Positions 8,285 through 18,817 of a stretch of 64,000 nucleotides of DNA are shown here, in pieces. This DNA is from an uncultured Aquiluna sp. (lineage in GTDB: Bacteria; Actinomycetota; Actinomycetes; Actinomycetales; Microbacteriaceae): assembly GCA_913775595.1 (NCBI GenBank), contig CAJYLB010000001.1, positions 620,001 through 684,000 on the forward strand, given 5' to 3'. Below the pieces are notes generated by a model. The model was not told where the DNA came from. It saw only the letters and a program-made list of their open reading frames with translations, and ran no database searches. A program made the position numbers and the translations under genes. Numbering within the stretch: the stretch's first letter is position 1; each line of letters opens with the position of its first letter.

Positions 8285-10144
8285 TTAGGTCTCTTTTTGA
8301 GCCTTTTTTGCTCGCGGCTTTTTCACCGCGCTTGTTGCCCTCCGAGATTTCGGCTTTGGCTTCGGCTCTGCCTCTGGGAGAGCCTCCAATACCGCATTCA
8401 AGATCTCCGTCTTGCCCTCGGGTTCTTTGGTCTCCGAAGGCGCAACTCCTGCCATTTTGTTGAAGACGTCCTTGGCAGCATCTGCCTGCTCGGCAGTAAC
8501 GACCTTCTTGACCACCTCAGGCTTCTCAGCCTTCTTCCTGGAGCCCTTTTTGGGGGTCTCTTGGGACTTAAACCTAGGCTCGTCGTGGATCACGACACCC
8601 CTGCCCGCACAGCACTCACAGGGCTCGCTGAATGTCTCTAAGAGTCCCAGGCCAATCTTCTTGCGGGTCATCTGAACAAGACCGAGAGAAGTTACCTCAC
8701 CTACCTGGTTCTTGGTGCGGTCACGGCTGAGACACTCCAGAAGCCTTCTGCGAACAGCCTCTTGATTAGAGTCCTGAATCATATCGATGAAGTCGATCAC
8801 GATGATTCCACCGATGTCACGAAGCCTAAGTTGGCGCACCAGCTCCTCGGCTGCCTCGAGGTTGTTCTTAGTAACCGTTTCTTCGAGGTTTCCTCCGGAT
8901 CCAATGAATTTCCCGGTGTTGACATCAACCACCGTCATCGCCTCGGTGCGATCAATCACGAGGGAGCCTCCGGATGGGAGGTAAACCTTTCGATCCAGTG
9001 CCTTGGCTATCTGGTCGCCTATGAAGTAGCTGTCGAAGATGTCGGTCTTCTTCTTGTACTCCACAACCCGCTCCATGAGGTCTGGGGCAACAGCCTGCAA
9101 ATACTCACGAATCGTTTCATTGGCTCGGTTGCCACTAATCACAAGCTCTTGGAAGTCCTCATTGAATACATCACGAATGATCTTGACCAGAAGGTCAGGC
9201 TCGCTGTGGAGAGTGGCTGGAGCCTTGCCGGTCTCCGCCTGCCTGGAAATCTCTTCCCACTGCGTCTGAAGCCGCTGCACGTCCAAAATCAACTGCTCTT
9301 CAGAGGCGCCCTCAGCGGCCGTTCTGACGATTACACCTGCATCTTCGGGAAGGGTGTTTTTGAGAATCTGCTTGAGCCTTTGACGCTCACCTTCCGGCAG
9401 CTTTCTTGAAATACCCGACATGTTGCCCCCAGGCACGTAAACCAAGAAGCGACCCGGCAAAGAAATCTGCGAGGTTAGTCGGGCTCCTTTTTGACCAACT
9501 GGGTCTTTGGTCACCTGGACGAGCACCTGGTCACCAGACTTCAGTGCAAGCTCAATTCGTCTTGGCTGGTTGCCAGTCTCCGCGGCTTCCCAGTCAACCT
9601 CACCCGAATAGAGAACAGCATTGCGACCGCGTCCGATGTCCACAAATGCAGCTTCCATGGATGGCAGAACGTTCTGGACTTTGCCAAGGTAGACGTTGCC
9701 GATTATCGATGCACCCTGGGTCTCGGTCACGTAGTGCTCGACAAGCTGGCCATCCTCGAGGACACCAATTTGGACGCGCTCATCAACTTCTCGCACAATC
9801 ATCTTGCGGTCGACAGACTCGCGCCTCGCCAAAAACTCGCTCTCGGTGATAGTCGAACGACGCCTGCCACTATCGCGCGAGTCACGTCTTCGCTGGCGCT
9901 TGGCCTCGACCCTGGTTGAGGAGTCGACTTCCTCTTCCTTCTTCTTTGCTGCGGGCTTTGTGCGCTCCTTGGGAGCTTCTTTCCTGGTTCGCTCGCGCTT
10001 CTTGGGTTCGGGCTTAGCGTCGTCTGCAGGTTTGCCAGAGCGCGGGTTGACAACGGGTGTTGGTAAATCTGGGGCCTGGAAGATTAGCTGGGTTGCCAGC
10101 GGCTTCTTCGGCTCTTCTTTTTTCTTAGCCAAAATGTGCCTCAT
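8285..10144 (-). CDS. rne: Ribonuclease E/G family protein
   Basis: S1 region GNVYLGKVQNVLPSMEAAFVDIG; VVDVNTG, LRDIGGIIVIDFIDM and CxxCxG Zn-link motifs. Confidence 0.95.
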   Translation of the reverse strand: MRHILAKKKEEPKKPLATQLIFQAPDLPTPVVNPRSGKPADDAKPEPKKRERTRKEAPKERTKPAAKKKEEEVDSSTRVEAKRQRRRDSRDSGRRRSTITESEFLARRESVDRKMIVREVDERVQIGVLEDGQLVEHYVTETQGASIIGNVYLGKVQNVLPSMEAAFVDIGRGRNAVLYSGEVDWEAAETGNQPRRIELALKSGDQVLVQVTKDPVGQKGARLTSQISLPGRFLVYVPGGNMSGISRKLPEGERQRLKQILKNTLPEDAGVIVRTAAEGASEEQLILDVQRLQTQWEEISRQAETGKAPATLHSEPDLLVKIIRDVFNEDFQELVISGNRANETIREYLQAVAPDLMERVVEYKKKTDIFDSYFIGDQIAKALDRKVYLPSGGSLVIDRTEAMTVVDVNTGKFIGSGGNLEETVTKNNLEAAEELVRQLRLRDIGGIIVIDFIDMIQDSNQEAVRRRLLECLSRDRTKNQVGEVTSLGLVQMTRKKIGLGLLETFSEPCECCAGRGVVIHDEPRFKSQETPKKGSRKKAEKPEVVKKVVTAEQADAAKDVFNKMAGVAPSETKEPEGKTEILNAVLEALPEAEPKPKPKSRRATSAVKKPRAKKAQKET

Positions 10145-10276
10145 GACCCTTGGTTCACACCCTCAGGGCCATTTGTCGTGACTCGAGCCGCAGCCCGAAT
10201 CTAATTCTTCGTGTCACCAGCAAGTTCTGGTGAAAATCCTTCGATGCGAGTGTGTTCGCATCTACCTTGAAGTATG
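10144..10276 (-). promoter_or_regulatory. Structured 5' leader of rne (four hairpins) with extended -10
   Basis: TG-G-CATACT with the hexamer at 10276-10271; inverted repeats at 10243-10262, 10214-10233, 10183-10198 and 10144-10171. Confidence 0.55.
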
Positions 10277-10309
10277 CCATGAACGTTATAAAAATGCGAT
10301 AATCGCGGC

Positions 10310-10879
10310 ATGCTGTTTCCCTTTTTCCTGATTGGCTTTGGCGCCATGGGCTGGATCGCTAGCTTCGGCCTCACCCTGGAACGCATCAAGGTTGCCGGTG
10401 ATCCCGGGGCGGCTACAGCATGCGATATCTCGCCATTTATTAGCTGTAAGTCCGTGATGCTTTCAGAGCAGGCAGCGCTGTTTGGGTTTCCAAATCCACT
10501 AATTGGACTCGCGGCCTTTTTTGCTCCGGTAGTCGTGGGCTTTGCTCTCTTGGCCGGCGCGAAGTTCGCGAGCTGGTTCTGGCAGGGTTTGCTAGCAGGT
10601 CACATCCTGGCCATGGTCTTTGTCTTTTGGCTGTTTAGCCAGAGTGTTTTTGTAATTGGCTCTCTGTGCATCTACTGCATGGTCGCCTGGACCGCCACAA
10701 TCCCCCTGTTCTGGGCGATCTTCGGGAGAGCGGGGAGAGATGGGCATCTAGGTTCAAAGCTCAATCGGGCTGGTGAGTTCATTTATGAGTGGGCTTGGGT
10801 GCTGACTCTCGTGACTTACTTGAGCCTGGCGACCGTAATTCTGATCTACTTCTGGGACTTCTGGCCCACGCTGTTTTAG
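10310..10879 (+). CDS. Vitamin K epoxide reductase (VKOR) family protein
   Basis: Loop Cys pair CDISPFISC, FGFPN motif and active-site CIYC. Confidence 0.93.
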   Translation: MLFPFFLIGFGAMGWIASFGLTLERIKVAGDPGAATACDISPFISCKSVMLSEQAALFGFPNPLIGLAAFFAPVVVGFALLAGAKFASWFWQGLLAGHILAMVFVFWLFSQSVFVIGSLCIYCMVAWTATIPLFWAIFGRAGRDGHLGSKLNRAGEFIYEWAWVLTLVTYLSLATVILIYFWDFWPTLF

Positions 10880-11280
10880 AACCAGATAGCAAGCTCGCGC
10901 TGGGCAGTCTCCTCTGAGTCAGAGCCATGCACGAGGTTCTGGATTACCTTGGTTCCCCAATCCCGAGACAGATCACCGCGAATTGTTCCAGGTGCTGCGA
11001 CAGTTGGGTCTGTCGCCCCTGCCAAGGACCTGAAACCCTCGACAACCCTCTCCCCCTCAAGCTTGATGGCAACGACGGGCCCAGAGAGCATGAACTCCAT
11101 AAGGGGCTCATAGAAGGGCTTTCCCTCGTGCTCTGCGTAGTGCTTCGCGAGAAGCTCCCTTGATGGCTGAACAAATTTCATGTCGGCAATCGAGTAGCCC
11201 TTACGCTCGCAGCGAGCGATAATCTCGCCAACGAGATTGCGCCTCACTCCGTCAGGCTTGATTAGTACCAGCGTCTGCAC
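10876..11280 (-). CDS. ndk: Nucleoside-diphosphate kinase
   Basis: LIKPDGV, PGTIRGD and NLVHGSDS motifs. Confidence 0.98.
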   Translation of the reverse strand: MQTLVLIKPDGVRRNLVGEIIARCERKGYSIADMKFVQPSRELLAKHYAEHEGKPFYEPLMEFMLSGPVVAIKLEGERVVEGFRSLAGATDPTVAAPGTIRGDLSRDWGTKVIQNLVHGSDSEETAQRELAIWF

Positions 11281-11662
11281 CGGACTCTCCCATCATCTTC
11301 GTGTAATTCTCCCGAGCTTTGTCGATGGTGCCACCAGCAATGAGGGCCCAGGTCCACATTCCAACGAGGATTGCACCAATCAGGAACATGCCCCAGAGCC
11401 AAAAGCCGCTCACCAAAAGTGCCGCCTGGATAACCCATCCAACTAGGTAGCCCGCGGGACTCCTCAATACCGCTGGGGTCAAGATAGCGGCAATTGCGAA
11501 GCTGAGGCCGATTGCCCAAATCGCTGTTGTGCTGGGCAGATTGCTCGCTGGGTCTGCACTCTTCAGACCAAACGCAGCCAAAGTGGCAAAAAAGATTACA
11601 AACGACTCAAAGCTAAGAACAATCGAGGCCAAAGCTCGCTTGGAGCTTTTACTCTTCCTCAT
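11252..11662 (-). CDS. DUF4233-like membrane protein
   Basis: About 4 TM helices; typical actinobacterial position between folC and ndk. Confidence 0.75.
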   Translation of the reverse strand: MRKSKSSKRALASIVLSFESFVIFFATLAAFGLKSADPASNLPSTTAIWAIGLSFAIAAILTPAVLRSPAGYLVGWVIQAALLVSGFWLWGMFLIGAILVGMWTWALIAGGTIDKARENYTKMMGESGADAGTNQA

Positions 11663-12974
11663 TTAGTTCCTCCTGCAACATCTCGAGCACCGCGCCAACT
11701 AAATAGAGCGAACCCGTGACAAACATGGCATCTTCCCCAACAAGCCTAGATGCCATGGCGTAGGCCTCAGGAATTGACTCCTCCACCGCAATAACTTTCC
11801 CGCCCTTTTCACGGATTGCCTCGGCAAGCTCTGAGGCCGCCAAAGCTCTCGGCCCTTCAACCTGGGTAACTATTAGCTCATCAAAGGCTTCTGCCAGCTC
11901 GGCCGCGGCAGCGGCAATGTCTTTATCGGCGAGCATTGCGACAACCGCAATGGACCGCTCTGGCTTGAAGTGCCATTGAATGCTGCGCTTTAGAGAGCGG
12001 AGTCCTGCAGGGTTGTGGGCGCCATCAAGAACTATCAGAGGCTCTTTGGATACAACCTGAAGACGACCTGGGCTTAGCGAGTCAGCTAAGGCGGACCTCA
12101 GAATCTCGTCCGCAATTGCCCTACCGCCCAGGAACATTTCTACCGCTGCAATTGCGGTGGCGGCATTCTCTGCCTGGTGCTCGCCGATGATTGGCATCCA
12201 AAGATCTGGATACTGGCCTGCGACACCTCGGACGCTAAAGCGAGTCCCGTAGCCATCTGGCTGAGCACCGAGAAGCTCGAAAGAGTCTCCCGCAAAGTGG
12301 CTTTCCTGCTTTGAACGGGACTTAATGATTTCGGCGACACTCTCCCATTGGGCGCTTGAGACGACCACTGACTTTTCCTTGATAATCCCTGCTTTGGTTT
12401 GTGCTATCTCCTCAACGGTGTCGCCAAGAGTTTTGGTGTGGTCGAGGTCAATCGCGGTGAAAACTGCAACGTCTCCGTCAGCGACATTCGTGGAATCCCA
12501 CTCTCCCCCAATGCCGACCTCCAGTATCAAAACGTCTATTGGTGCATCTGCAAAGAGCTGGAAAGAGAGCGCCGTGAAAGCCTCAAAAAAAGTGAGAGGT
12601 GCCTCTGATTGCTCAGCAAGACGACCTTCTACCAGCTCAAGCAGCGGCTTGTTTTGCTCGTAGTTCTCGACGAATAGCTCGTCGCTTACTGGATCTCCAT
12701 CAAGCGAAATTCGCTCGTTGAAGCTGATCAAATGTGGAGAGGTGACGCGACCGGTCTTGAGGCCCATCTCTCGCAATATCCGTTCGATGATTCTTGCTGT
12801 TGATGTCTTGCCGTTTGTGCCGGTGAGGTGTATCACGGGATACGCCTGTTGGGGATTACCCATTATCTCGACGGCTAACCGGGTTGGCTCCAGCCGCGGC
12901 CGCATCTGATTTTCCGGCTTACGTGCATAGAGCTCCTGCACGACCTGCGCCATGCGATCAGAAATCGAACTCAC
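11649..12974 (-). CDS. folC: Folylpolyglutamate synthase/dihydrofolate synthase
   Basis: [27 protein letters not shown] and LDGAHN motifs. Confidence 0.97.
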   Translation of the reverse strand: MSSISDRMAQVVQELYARKPENQMRPRLEPTRLAVEIMGNPQQAYPVIHLTGTNGKTSTARIIERILREMGLKTGRVTSPHLISFNERISLDGDPVSDELFVENYEQNKPLLELVEGRLAEQSEAPLTFFEAFTALSFQLFADAPIDVLILEVGIGGEWDSTNVADGDVAVFTAIDLDHTKTLGDTVEEIAQTKAGIIKEKSVVVSSAQWESVAEIIKSRSKQESHFAGDSFELLGAQPDGYGTRFSVRGVAGQYPDLWMPIIGEHQAENAATAIAAVEMFLGGRAIADEILRSALADSLSPGRLQVVSKEPLIVLDGAHNPAGLRSLKRSIQWHFKPERSIAVVAMLADKDIAAAAAELAEAFDELIVTQVEGPRALAASELAEAIREKGGKVIAVEESIPEAYAMASRLVGEDAMFVTGSLYLVGAVLEMLQEELNEEE

Positions 12975-15900
12975 TTCTTTGCGAGCTCAATCTCAATGGA
13001 GCCGCTGTCACCAACTGAAAGCACGGCTGCCGGGGCGCCTATGCTGATTTCAATTTCCTCCGCGAGGGTCTCCCGCGCGAGAAAGTCCTTGTGCTTCAGC
13101 AGTGCGCTCTGAGTTGCCTGGTCTGCCACGACCTTCAAAGAGATTCGGTCAGAAACATCAAGGCCAGCATCTTTTCTCGCCTGTTGGATGTGCCTGACGG
13201 CGTCCCTAGCGACGCCTTCCTCGGCTAACACCTCGGTTACAACCGTGTTCAGCAGGACAAAGCCCTGCTGTGTTATTCCAACGCTGCTTTCTGAGGCATC
13301 GCCGCTTGCAACCATTGAAATGTCAAACTCTCCAGCCTCTAGCGTGTGATCGCCGACCCTCACGCTCTCTCCGTCAACTCTCCAGTCGCCTGACTTGGCG
13401 AGCTTGATGACTTCCTGAACCGCCCCTCCAAGCCTTGGGCCAAGCGCCCTTGCATTGACCACCAAAGACTTAGTTAGTCCAAACGAGGCGGCAACCTCCT
13501 CAGTTGCCGCGACTACGGTCACTTTCTTCACGTTCAGCTCATCGGCCAGTAGTTCGGCGTAGGCACTCAGGCTGCCCGGTTCACTCACTGCAACAGTGAG
13601 TTCACTTAGAGGAAGCCGAACCCTTAGGCCCGCGGCCTTCCGAAGAGATAGGGCTACGGAGGCTGCCTCTCTGATCGCATCCATGTCCCGAACCAGCTGG
13701 GCATCCCGTGGGAACTCGCCAGCATCGGGCCAGGATGTCAGATGCACCGAGCGGCCGCCTGTTAGACCCCGCCACATCTCCTCCGAGATGATCGGCAGTA
13801 GCGGTGCTGCAGCGCGCAGAACCGCCTCTAGAACCGTGTAGAGCGTGTCAAAGGCGTCCTTGTCACCCTCCCAAAAGCGATCCCTGGAGCGACGGATGTA
13901 CCAGTTCGTCAGCACCTCCGCGAAGTCCCGCAACCGAGCTGAAGCCTGAAAGCTGTCGAAATTATCGAGATCCTCTTGCATCTGCTCAATTAGCTCAGCG
14001 GACTTAGCCATGATGTAGCGATCAAGCAACTGGGAGGAACCATGAGATGGTGATGCTTCGTAGCCGGCGGCGTTCGCGTAGAGGGCAAAGAAGTAATAAC
14101 TATTCCAAAGTGGTAAGAGCGCCTGCCTGACACCCTCACGGATGCCCTGCTCGGTTACGGCTATGTTGCCTCCACGAAGAATAGGAGAGGACATCAGGAA
14201 CCAGCGCATCGCATCCGAGCCATCGCGGTCGAAAACCTCGTTTACATCTGGGTAGTTTCGAAGCGACTTGGACATCTTCTGTCCATCATTTCCAAGCACG
14301 ATTCCGTGGCTTATGGCGTTCTTGAAGGCCGGCCTGTCAAATAGTGCGGTCGAGAGAACGTGCAGGGTGTAAAACCAGCCCCTTGTCTGCCCCACGTATT
14401 CGACGATGAAATCACCTGGGAAGTGAGAGTCGAACCACTCCTGATTTTCAAACGGATAGTGGACCTGGGCAAATGGCATAGAGCCAGATTCAAACCAGCA
14501 GTCAAGAACTTCAGGTACCCGTCGCATAGTTGACTTGCCGGTTGGGTCATCTGGATTTGGTCTTGTCAGCTCATCGATAACCGGCCTGTGAAAGTCTTCT
14601 GGGCGCACGCCAAAGTCGCGCTCAAGCTCATCCAAGGAACCGTAAACATCGATTCTCGGGTAGTTAGGGTCATCCGATTTCCAAACTGGGATTGGTGCAC
14701 CCCAGAAGCGATTTCTAGAAATCGCCCAATCGCGCACGTTTTCAAGCCACTTACCAAAGCTTCCATTCTTGGTGTGCTCGGGAACCCAGTTGATCTCTTG
14801 GTTTAGCTCCAACATGCGATCGCGAATCTTGGTGGTCTCGACGAACCAGGAAGAAACAGCCTTGTAAATGAGTGGATTCTTACACCTGTAGCAGTGGGGA
14901 TAGCTGTGGTCGTAAGAGGCCTGCCTCAGCAGCCTTCCCATGGACTTGAGGTCACGTGTGATTGGTTTATTAGCCTCAAAAACATGCTGACCCTCGTAGG
15001 GGGCAATCAGTGAGTTAAACTCTCCACGCTCATTAATGGAAACGTATGTTGGTATTCCTGCCGCGCCGCACAGCAACTGGTCATCCTCACCGTAAGCAGG
15101 TGCCTGGTGAACAATGCCGGTTCCCTCGTCTGCAGTTACGTAATCCCCGACGAGAATCTGCCAGGCATTGCCAACCTCGTACTTCTCCGAGTCGGCATAG
15201 AAGTCAAACAGGCGCTCATAGTGCAGACCAGCAAGCTCCTTGCCGAGCAGGGTTCTCTGAATTGACTCTGAGGCCTCCTCTTGCGAATCAAAACCAAGCT
15301 CCTTTGAGTAACCAGCAAGCAATGTCTCTGCAATTAGGAATCTCTTATCTCCGAGGGTGCTATTGGGTGCGTGCACAAGGGCATAGGAGATATCCGGGCC
15401 TACGGCCAGCGCGAAGTTAGTTGGCAGGGTCCACGGGGTGGTTGTCCACGCCAGCAGGTTGACTCCGTCCAGTTCATGGTCTGGCTCACTTATGGGAAAG
15501 GTAACCGTTACAGACTGGTCCTGGCGGTTCTTGTAGACCTCATCGTCCATGCGTAGCTCATGGTTCGAGAGCGGAGTCTCACATCGCCAGCAGTAAGCCA
15601 GCACCTTGAACCCCTCATAGATGAGGCCTTTGTTATGAAGTTCCTTGAAGGCCCAGATCACGCTCTCGGTGTAGTTCTGGTCAAGAGTTTTGTAATCGTT
15701 GTCAAAGTCCACCCACCTGGCCTGACGGGTGACATAGCTGCGCCAGTCCTCTGTGTACTTCAGAACTGAGGTTTTGCAGAATGCGTTGAACTTTGCGACT
15801 CCGTATTTTTCAATCTCGGGCCTGCCGCTTATGCCCAATAGCCGCTCGGCCTCAACTTCAGCGGGAAGCCCGTGGGTGTCCCAGCCAAACCTGCGCTCGA

Positions 15901-16162
15901 CGCGCTTGCCTCTCATGGTCTGGTAGCGGGGCACCAAGTCCTTGGTGTAGCCGGTCAGCAGGTGCCCGTAGTGTGGCAACCCGTTTGCAAAGGGCGGGCC
16001 GTCGTAGAAGACAAACTCCTCTGCCCCAGTTGCAGCTCTCTGGTCAATCGACTCTTGAAAGGTGTTGTCTTTTTCCCAGTGCTCAAGCACCTCTTTTTCA
16101 ACATCGGGAAAAGAGGGAGAGGCCACAGGGCCAGCTTGAGAATCTTTGTGCTTTGGGTACAT
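12971..16162 (-). CDS. ileS: Isoleucine--tRNA ligase (type 2)
   Basis: [12 protein letters not shown] and KMSKS motifs. The start is placed at ATG 16162 (GTG 16165 is possible) because it lies downstream of the predicted promoter. Confidence 0.97.
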   Translation of the reverse strand: MYPKHKDSQAGPVASPSFPDVEKEVLEHWEKDNTFQESIDQRAATGAEEFVFYDGPPFANGLPHYGHLLTGYTKDLVPRYQTMRGKRVERRFGWDTHGLPAEVEAERLLGISGRPEIEKYGVAKFNAFCKTSVLKYTEDWRSYVTRQARWVDFDNDYKTLDQNYTESVIWAFKELHNKGLIYEGFKVLAYCWRCETPLSNHELRMDDEVYKNRQDQSVTVTFPISEPDHELDGVNLLAWTTTPWTLPTNFALAVGPDISYALVHAPNSTLGDKRFLIAETLLAGYSKELGFDSQEEASESIQRTLLGKELAGLHYERLFDFYADSEKYEVGNAWQILVGDYVTADEGTGIVHQAPAYGEDDQLLCGAAGIPTYVSINERGEFNSLIAPYEGQHVFEANKPITRDLKSMGRLLRQASYDHSYPHCYRCKNPLIYKAVSSWFVETTKIRDRMLELNQEINWVPEHTKNGSFGKWLENVRDWAISRNRFWGAPIPVWKSDDPNYPRIDVYGSLDELERDFGVRPEDFHRPVIDELTRPNPDDPTGKSTMRRVPEVLDCWFESGSMPFAQVHYPFENQEWFDSHFPGDFIVEYVGQTRGWFYTLHVLSTALFDRPAFKNAISHGIVLGNDGQKMSKSLRNYPDVNEVFDRDGSDAMRWFLMSSPILRGGNIAVTEQGIREGVRQALLPLWNSYYFFALYANAAGYEASPSHGSSQLLDRYIMAKSAELIEQMQEDLDNFDSFQASARLRDFAEVLTNWYIRRSRDRFWEGDKDAFDTLYTVLEAVLRAAAPLLPIISEEMWRGLTGGRSVHLTSWPDAGEFPRDAQLVRDMDAIREAASVALSLRKAAGLRVRLPLSELTVAVSEPGSLSAYAELLADELNVKKVTVVAATEEVAASFGLTKSLVVNARALGPRLGGAVQEVIKLAKSGDWRVDGESVRVGDHTLEAGEFDISMVASGDASESSVGITQQGFVLLNTVVTEVLAEEGVARDAVRHIQQARKDAGLDVSDRISLKVVADQATQSALLKHKDFLARETLAEEIEISIGAPAAVLSVGDSGSIEIELAKK

Positions 16163-16185
16163 CACGGCTTTCGAACGGAATCCTG

Positions 16186-16204
16186 AGACTAACAATGTTA
16201 ATCT
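16186..16204. promoter_or_regulatory. Back-to-back extended -10 promoters for ileS and valS
   Basis: Near-palindrome AGACTAACA-A-TGTTAATCT reads TG-T-TAATCT on the plus strand and TG-T-TAGTCT on the minus strand. Confidence 0.55.
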
Positions 16205-16231
16205 AGTGAAGCTAAAGAACCCGAGGTCTCA

Positions 16232-18808
16232 GTGAATAACGCAAAACCCAATCCGCTTACCCCCGCCCAGGTACCTGAGAAAGCAAGCGTTGACGGGCTC
16301 GAGGCCAAGTGGGTACCCACCTGGGAAGCTGAGAAGGTCTATCGCTTTAATCAAGAGGCGTCTAAAGAAAACATCTACTCAATAGACACCCCTCCACCGA
16401 CAGCCTCGGGATCGCTTCATGTTGGTCACGTGTTCAGCTATACCCACACCGATGTCGTCGCACGGTTTCAGAGGATGTGCGGGAGAGATGTCTTCTACCC
16501 AATGGGCTGGGATGACAACGGACTGCCAACCGAGCGTCGGGTTCAGAACTACTACGGCGTGCGTTGTGACCCCACGCTTCCCTACGAAAAAGACTTCACT
16601 CCCCCGCAAACCGGTGGAGATAACAAGAGCACCAAGGCCGCTGACCAGATGCCGATCTCTCGTCAGAACTTCATCGAGCTCTGCGAAGAGCTAACCGAGG
16701 AAGATGAGAAGGCTTTCGAGAACCTGTGGCGCAATCTTGGGCTCTCCGTTGACTGGTCTCAGAGCTACCGCACGATAAGCAAAGAGGCGCAAAAGGTTTC
16801 CCAGCAAGCATTTTTGAACAACCTGAGCCGAGGAGAGGCATATCTCTCGATGGCACCAACGCTCTGGGACGTAACCTTCCGAACCGCTGTTGCCCAAGCA
16901 GAACTCGAGGATCGCGAGATGCCCGGCGCTTACCATCGCCTGGGGTTTGACGGCCCCGAGGGCAAAATCTTCATTGAAACCACAAGACCTGAGCTTGTCC
17001 CTGCGTGTGTTGCGTTGGTTGCCCACCCGGATGATGAGCGCTACCAGCACCTGTTTGGGCAGAGTGCAAAGACGCCAATTTTTGGTGTTGAGGTTCCGAT
17101 TGTCGCTCACCGCCTTGCGCAGATAGACAAGGGTTCCGGAATCGCGATGATTTGTACCTTTGGAGACGTAACCGACGTTGTTTGGTGGCGGGAGCTAAAG
17201 CTTCCAATGCGGCCAATCATTGGCTTTGATGGCCGAATCCTCGCAGATGGCCCGAAAGAGGTCGTCGAGGGCGAGGGATCCGAGCTTTATGCGGCAATTG
17301 CCGGAAAGACAGTCTTTAGCGCCAAAGAGATTTTGGTCAAGGCCTTTATGGAATCTGGGGCCATGGTCGGAGAGCCCAAACCAATCACGCACCCGGTCAA
17401 GTTCTTCGAAAAGGGCGATAAGGCTCTAGAGATTGTCTCCACCAGGCAGTGGTACATCAAAAACGGCGGTAACGATAAGCCCCTTGCTGAAAAGCTAATT
17501 GCTCGCGGTAGCGAAATGAGCTTCCACCCTGCGTTTATGAAGGTGCGACTAGAGGACTGGATCAACGGCCTGAATGGGGACTGGCTCATCTCGCGTCAGC
17601 GCTTTTTCGGCGTTCCTATCCCAGTCTGGTATCCGCTCAACGAGTCAGGGGAACCTGATTATGAGAATCCAATTGTTCCAACCAACGAACAATTGCCTGT
17701 GGACCCATCGAGTGATTGCCCCGCTGGTTTCACTGAAGACCAAAGAGGCAAGCCGGGCGGCTTCCAAGGGGAGCTTGACATTATGGACACCTGGGCAACT
17801 TCCTCACTGACTCCTCAGCTGGCCGGAGGATGGCTCGCCAACCCAGAGCTCTTCGACAAAGTCTTCCCATACGACCTGCGCCCACAAGGACAGGACATTA
17901 TCCGCACCTGGCTCTTTTCAACACTTGTGAGAAGTGAACTCGAGCACAACCAGGTGCCGTGGTCAAATGCTGCAATCTCGGGATGGATTCTCGACCCAGA
18001 CCGTAAGAAGATGTCGAAGTCGAAGGGAAACGTGGTAGTTCCCAATGAGCTCCTTGAGACCCACGGCTCTGACGCAGTTCGTTACTGGGCAGCGAGTGCT
18101 CGGCTAGGGACCGACGCCGCTTTTGACGAGGGTCAAATGAAGATCGGTCGCAGGCTCGCAATCAAGCTCCTGAATGCAGCAAGGTTTGCCCTTAGCTTCG
18201 ACATGCCGAAGGGCGTCACAGAGGTTAGCGAGCCGATCGACAAGGCCATGTTGGCCCGACTGGGGCAGGTCATCGAAACCGCCACTAAAGCTTTCAATAG
18301 CTACGACCACACCAAAGCCCTAGAAACGACTGAGACTTTTTTCTGGACGTTTACCGACGACTACCTTGAGCTTGTAAAAGAGCGCGCCTACAGCCAAGAG
18401 GGCTACTCCCCCGAGGAGATAGGCTCCGCCGTCCTGGCACTCCGACAGGCACTTGGTGTGCTGGTTAGGCTCCTCGCGCCATTTCTTCCTTTTGCAGCAG
18501 AAGAGGTTTGGTCTTGGTGGCAAGAAGGTTCTGTTCACCAGGCAGCGTGGCCAGTCGCCGCGGAGATAAGCGGTGAGTCACCTGAGTTGCTCACTGCAGC
18601 ATCCGAGGCGTTGATTGCAATAAGAAAGTCGAAGACTGATCAGAAGCTCTCCATGAAGGCTGAGATTTCAAACATGGTGCTCGCTGGACCGGCGATTTTG
18701 GAACAAGCGCAGCGTGACCTGGCAGCGGTAGGAAGAATTCAGAATCTAGAGCTGAATACAGCGGACAAGGTTTTTATCGAGTCAATGGAGTTTGCTGAGC
18801 AGCAATAG
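16232..18808 (+). CDS. valS: Valine--tRNA ligase (archaeal-like type)
   Basis: IDTPPPTASGSLHVGH, GWDDNGLPTE, QGQDIIRTW and KMSKSKGN motifs. Confidence 0.97.
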   Translation: MNNAKPNPLTPAQVPEKASVDGLEAKWVPTWEAEKVYRFNQEASKENIYSIDTPPPTASGSLHVGHVFSYTHTDVVARFQRMCGRDVFYPMGWDDNGLPTERRVQNYYGVRCDPTLPYEKDFTPPQTGGDNKSTKAADQMPISRQNFIELCEELTEEDEKAFENLWRNLGLSVDWSQSYRTISKEAQKVSQQAFLNNLSRGEAYLSMAPTLWDVTFRTAVAQAELEDREMPGAYHRLGFDGPEGKIFIETTRPELVPACVALVAHPDDERYQHLFGQSAKTPIFGVEVPIVAHRLAQIDKGSGIAMICTFGDVTDVVWWRELKLPMRPIIGFDGRILADGPKEVVEGEGSELYAAIAGKTVFSAKEILVKAFMESGAMVGEPKPITHPVKFFEKGDKALEIVSTRQWYIKNGGNDKPLAEKLIARGSEMSFHPAFMKVRLEDWINGLNGDWLISRQRFFGVPIPVWYPLNESGEPDYENPIVPTNEQLPVDPSSDCPAGFTEDQRGKPGGFQGELDIMDTWATSSLTPQLAGGWLANPELFDKVFPYDLRPQGQDIIRTWLFSTLVRSELEHNQVPWSNAAISGWILDPDRKKMSKSKGNVVVPNELLETHGSDAVRYWAASARLGTDAAFDEGQMKIGRRLAIKLLNAARFALSFDMPKGVTEVSEPIDKAMLARLGQVIETATKAFNSYDHTKALETTETFFWTFTDDYLELVKERAYSQEGYSPEEIGSAVLALRQALGVLVRLLAPFLPFAAEEVWSWWQEGSVHQAAWPVAAEISGESPELLTAASEALIAIRKSKTDQKLSMKAEISNMVLAGPAILEQAQRDLAAVGRIQNLELNTADKVFIESMEFAEQQ

Positions 18809-18817
18809 CATTGCAGG

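Noticed and set aside
8762..9409. 215-aa plus-strand ORF and similar long antisense ORFs (e.g. 26000-26527, 59779-60384)
   Set aside because: They lie entirely opposite well-supported conserved genes, as expected from codon bias.
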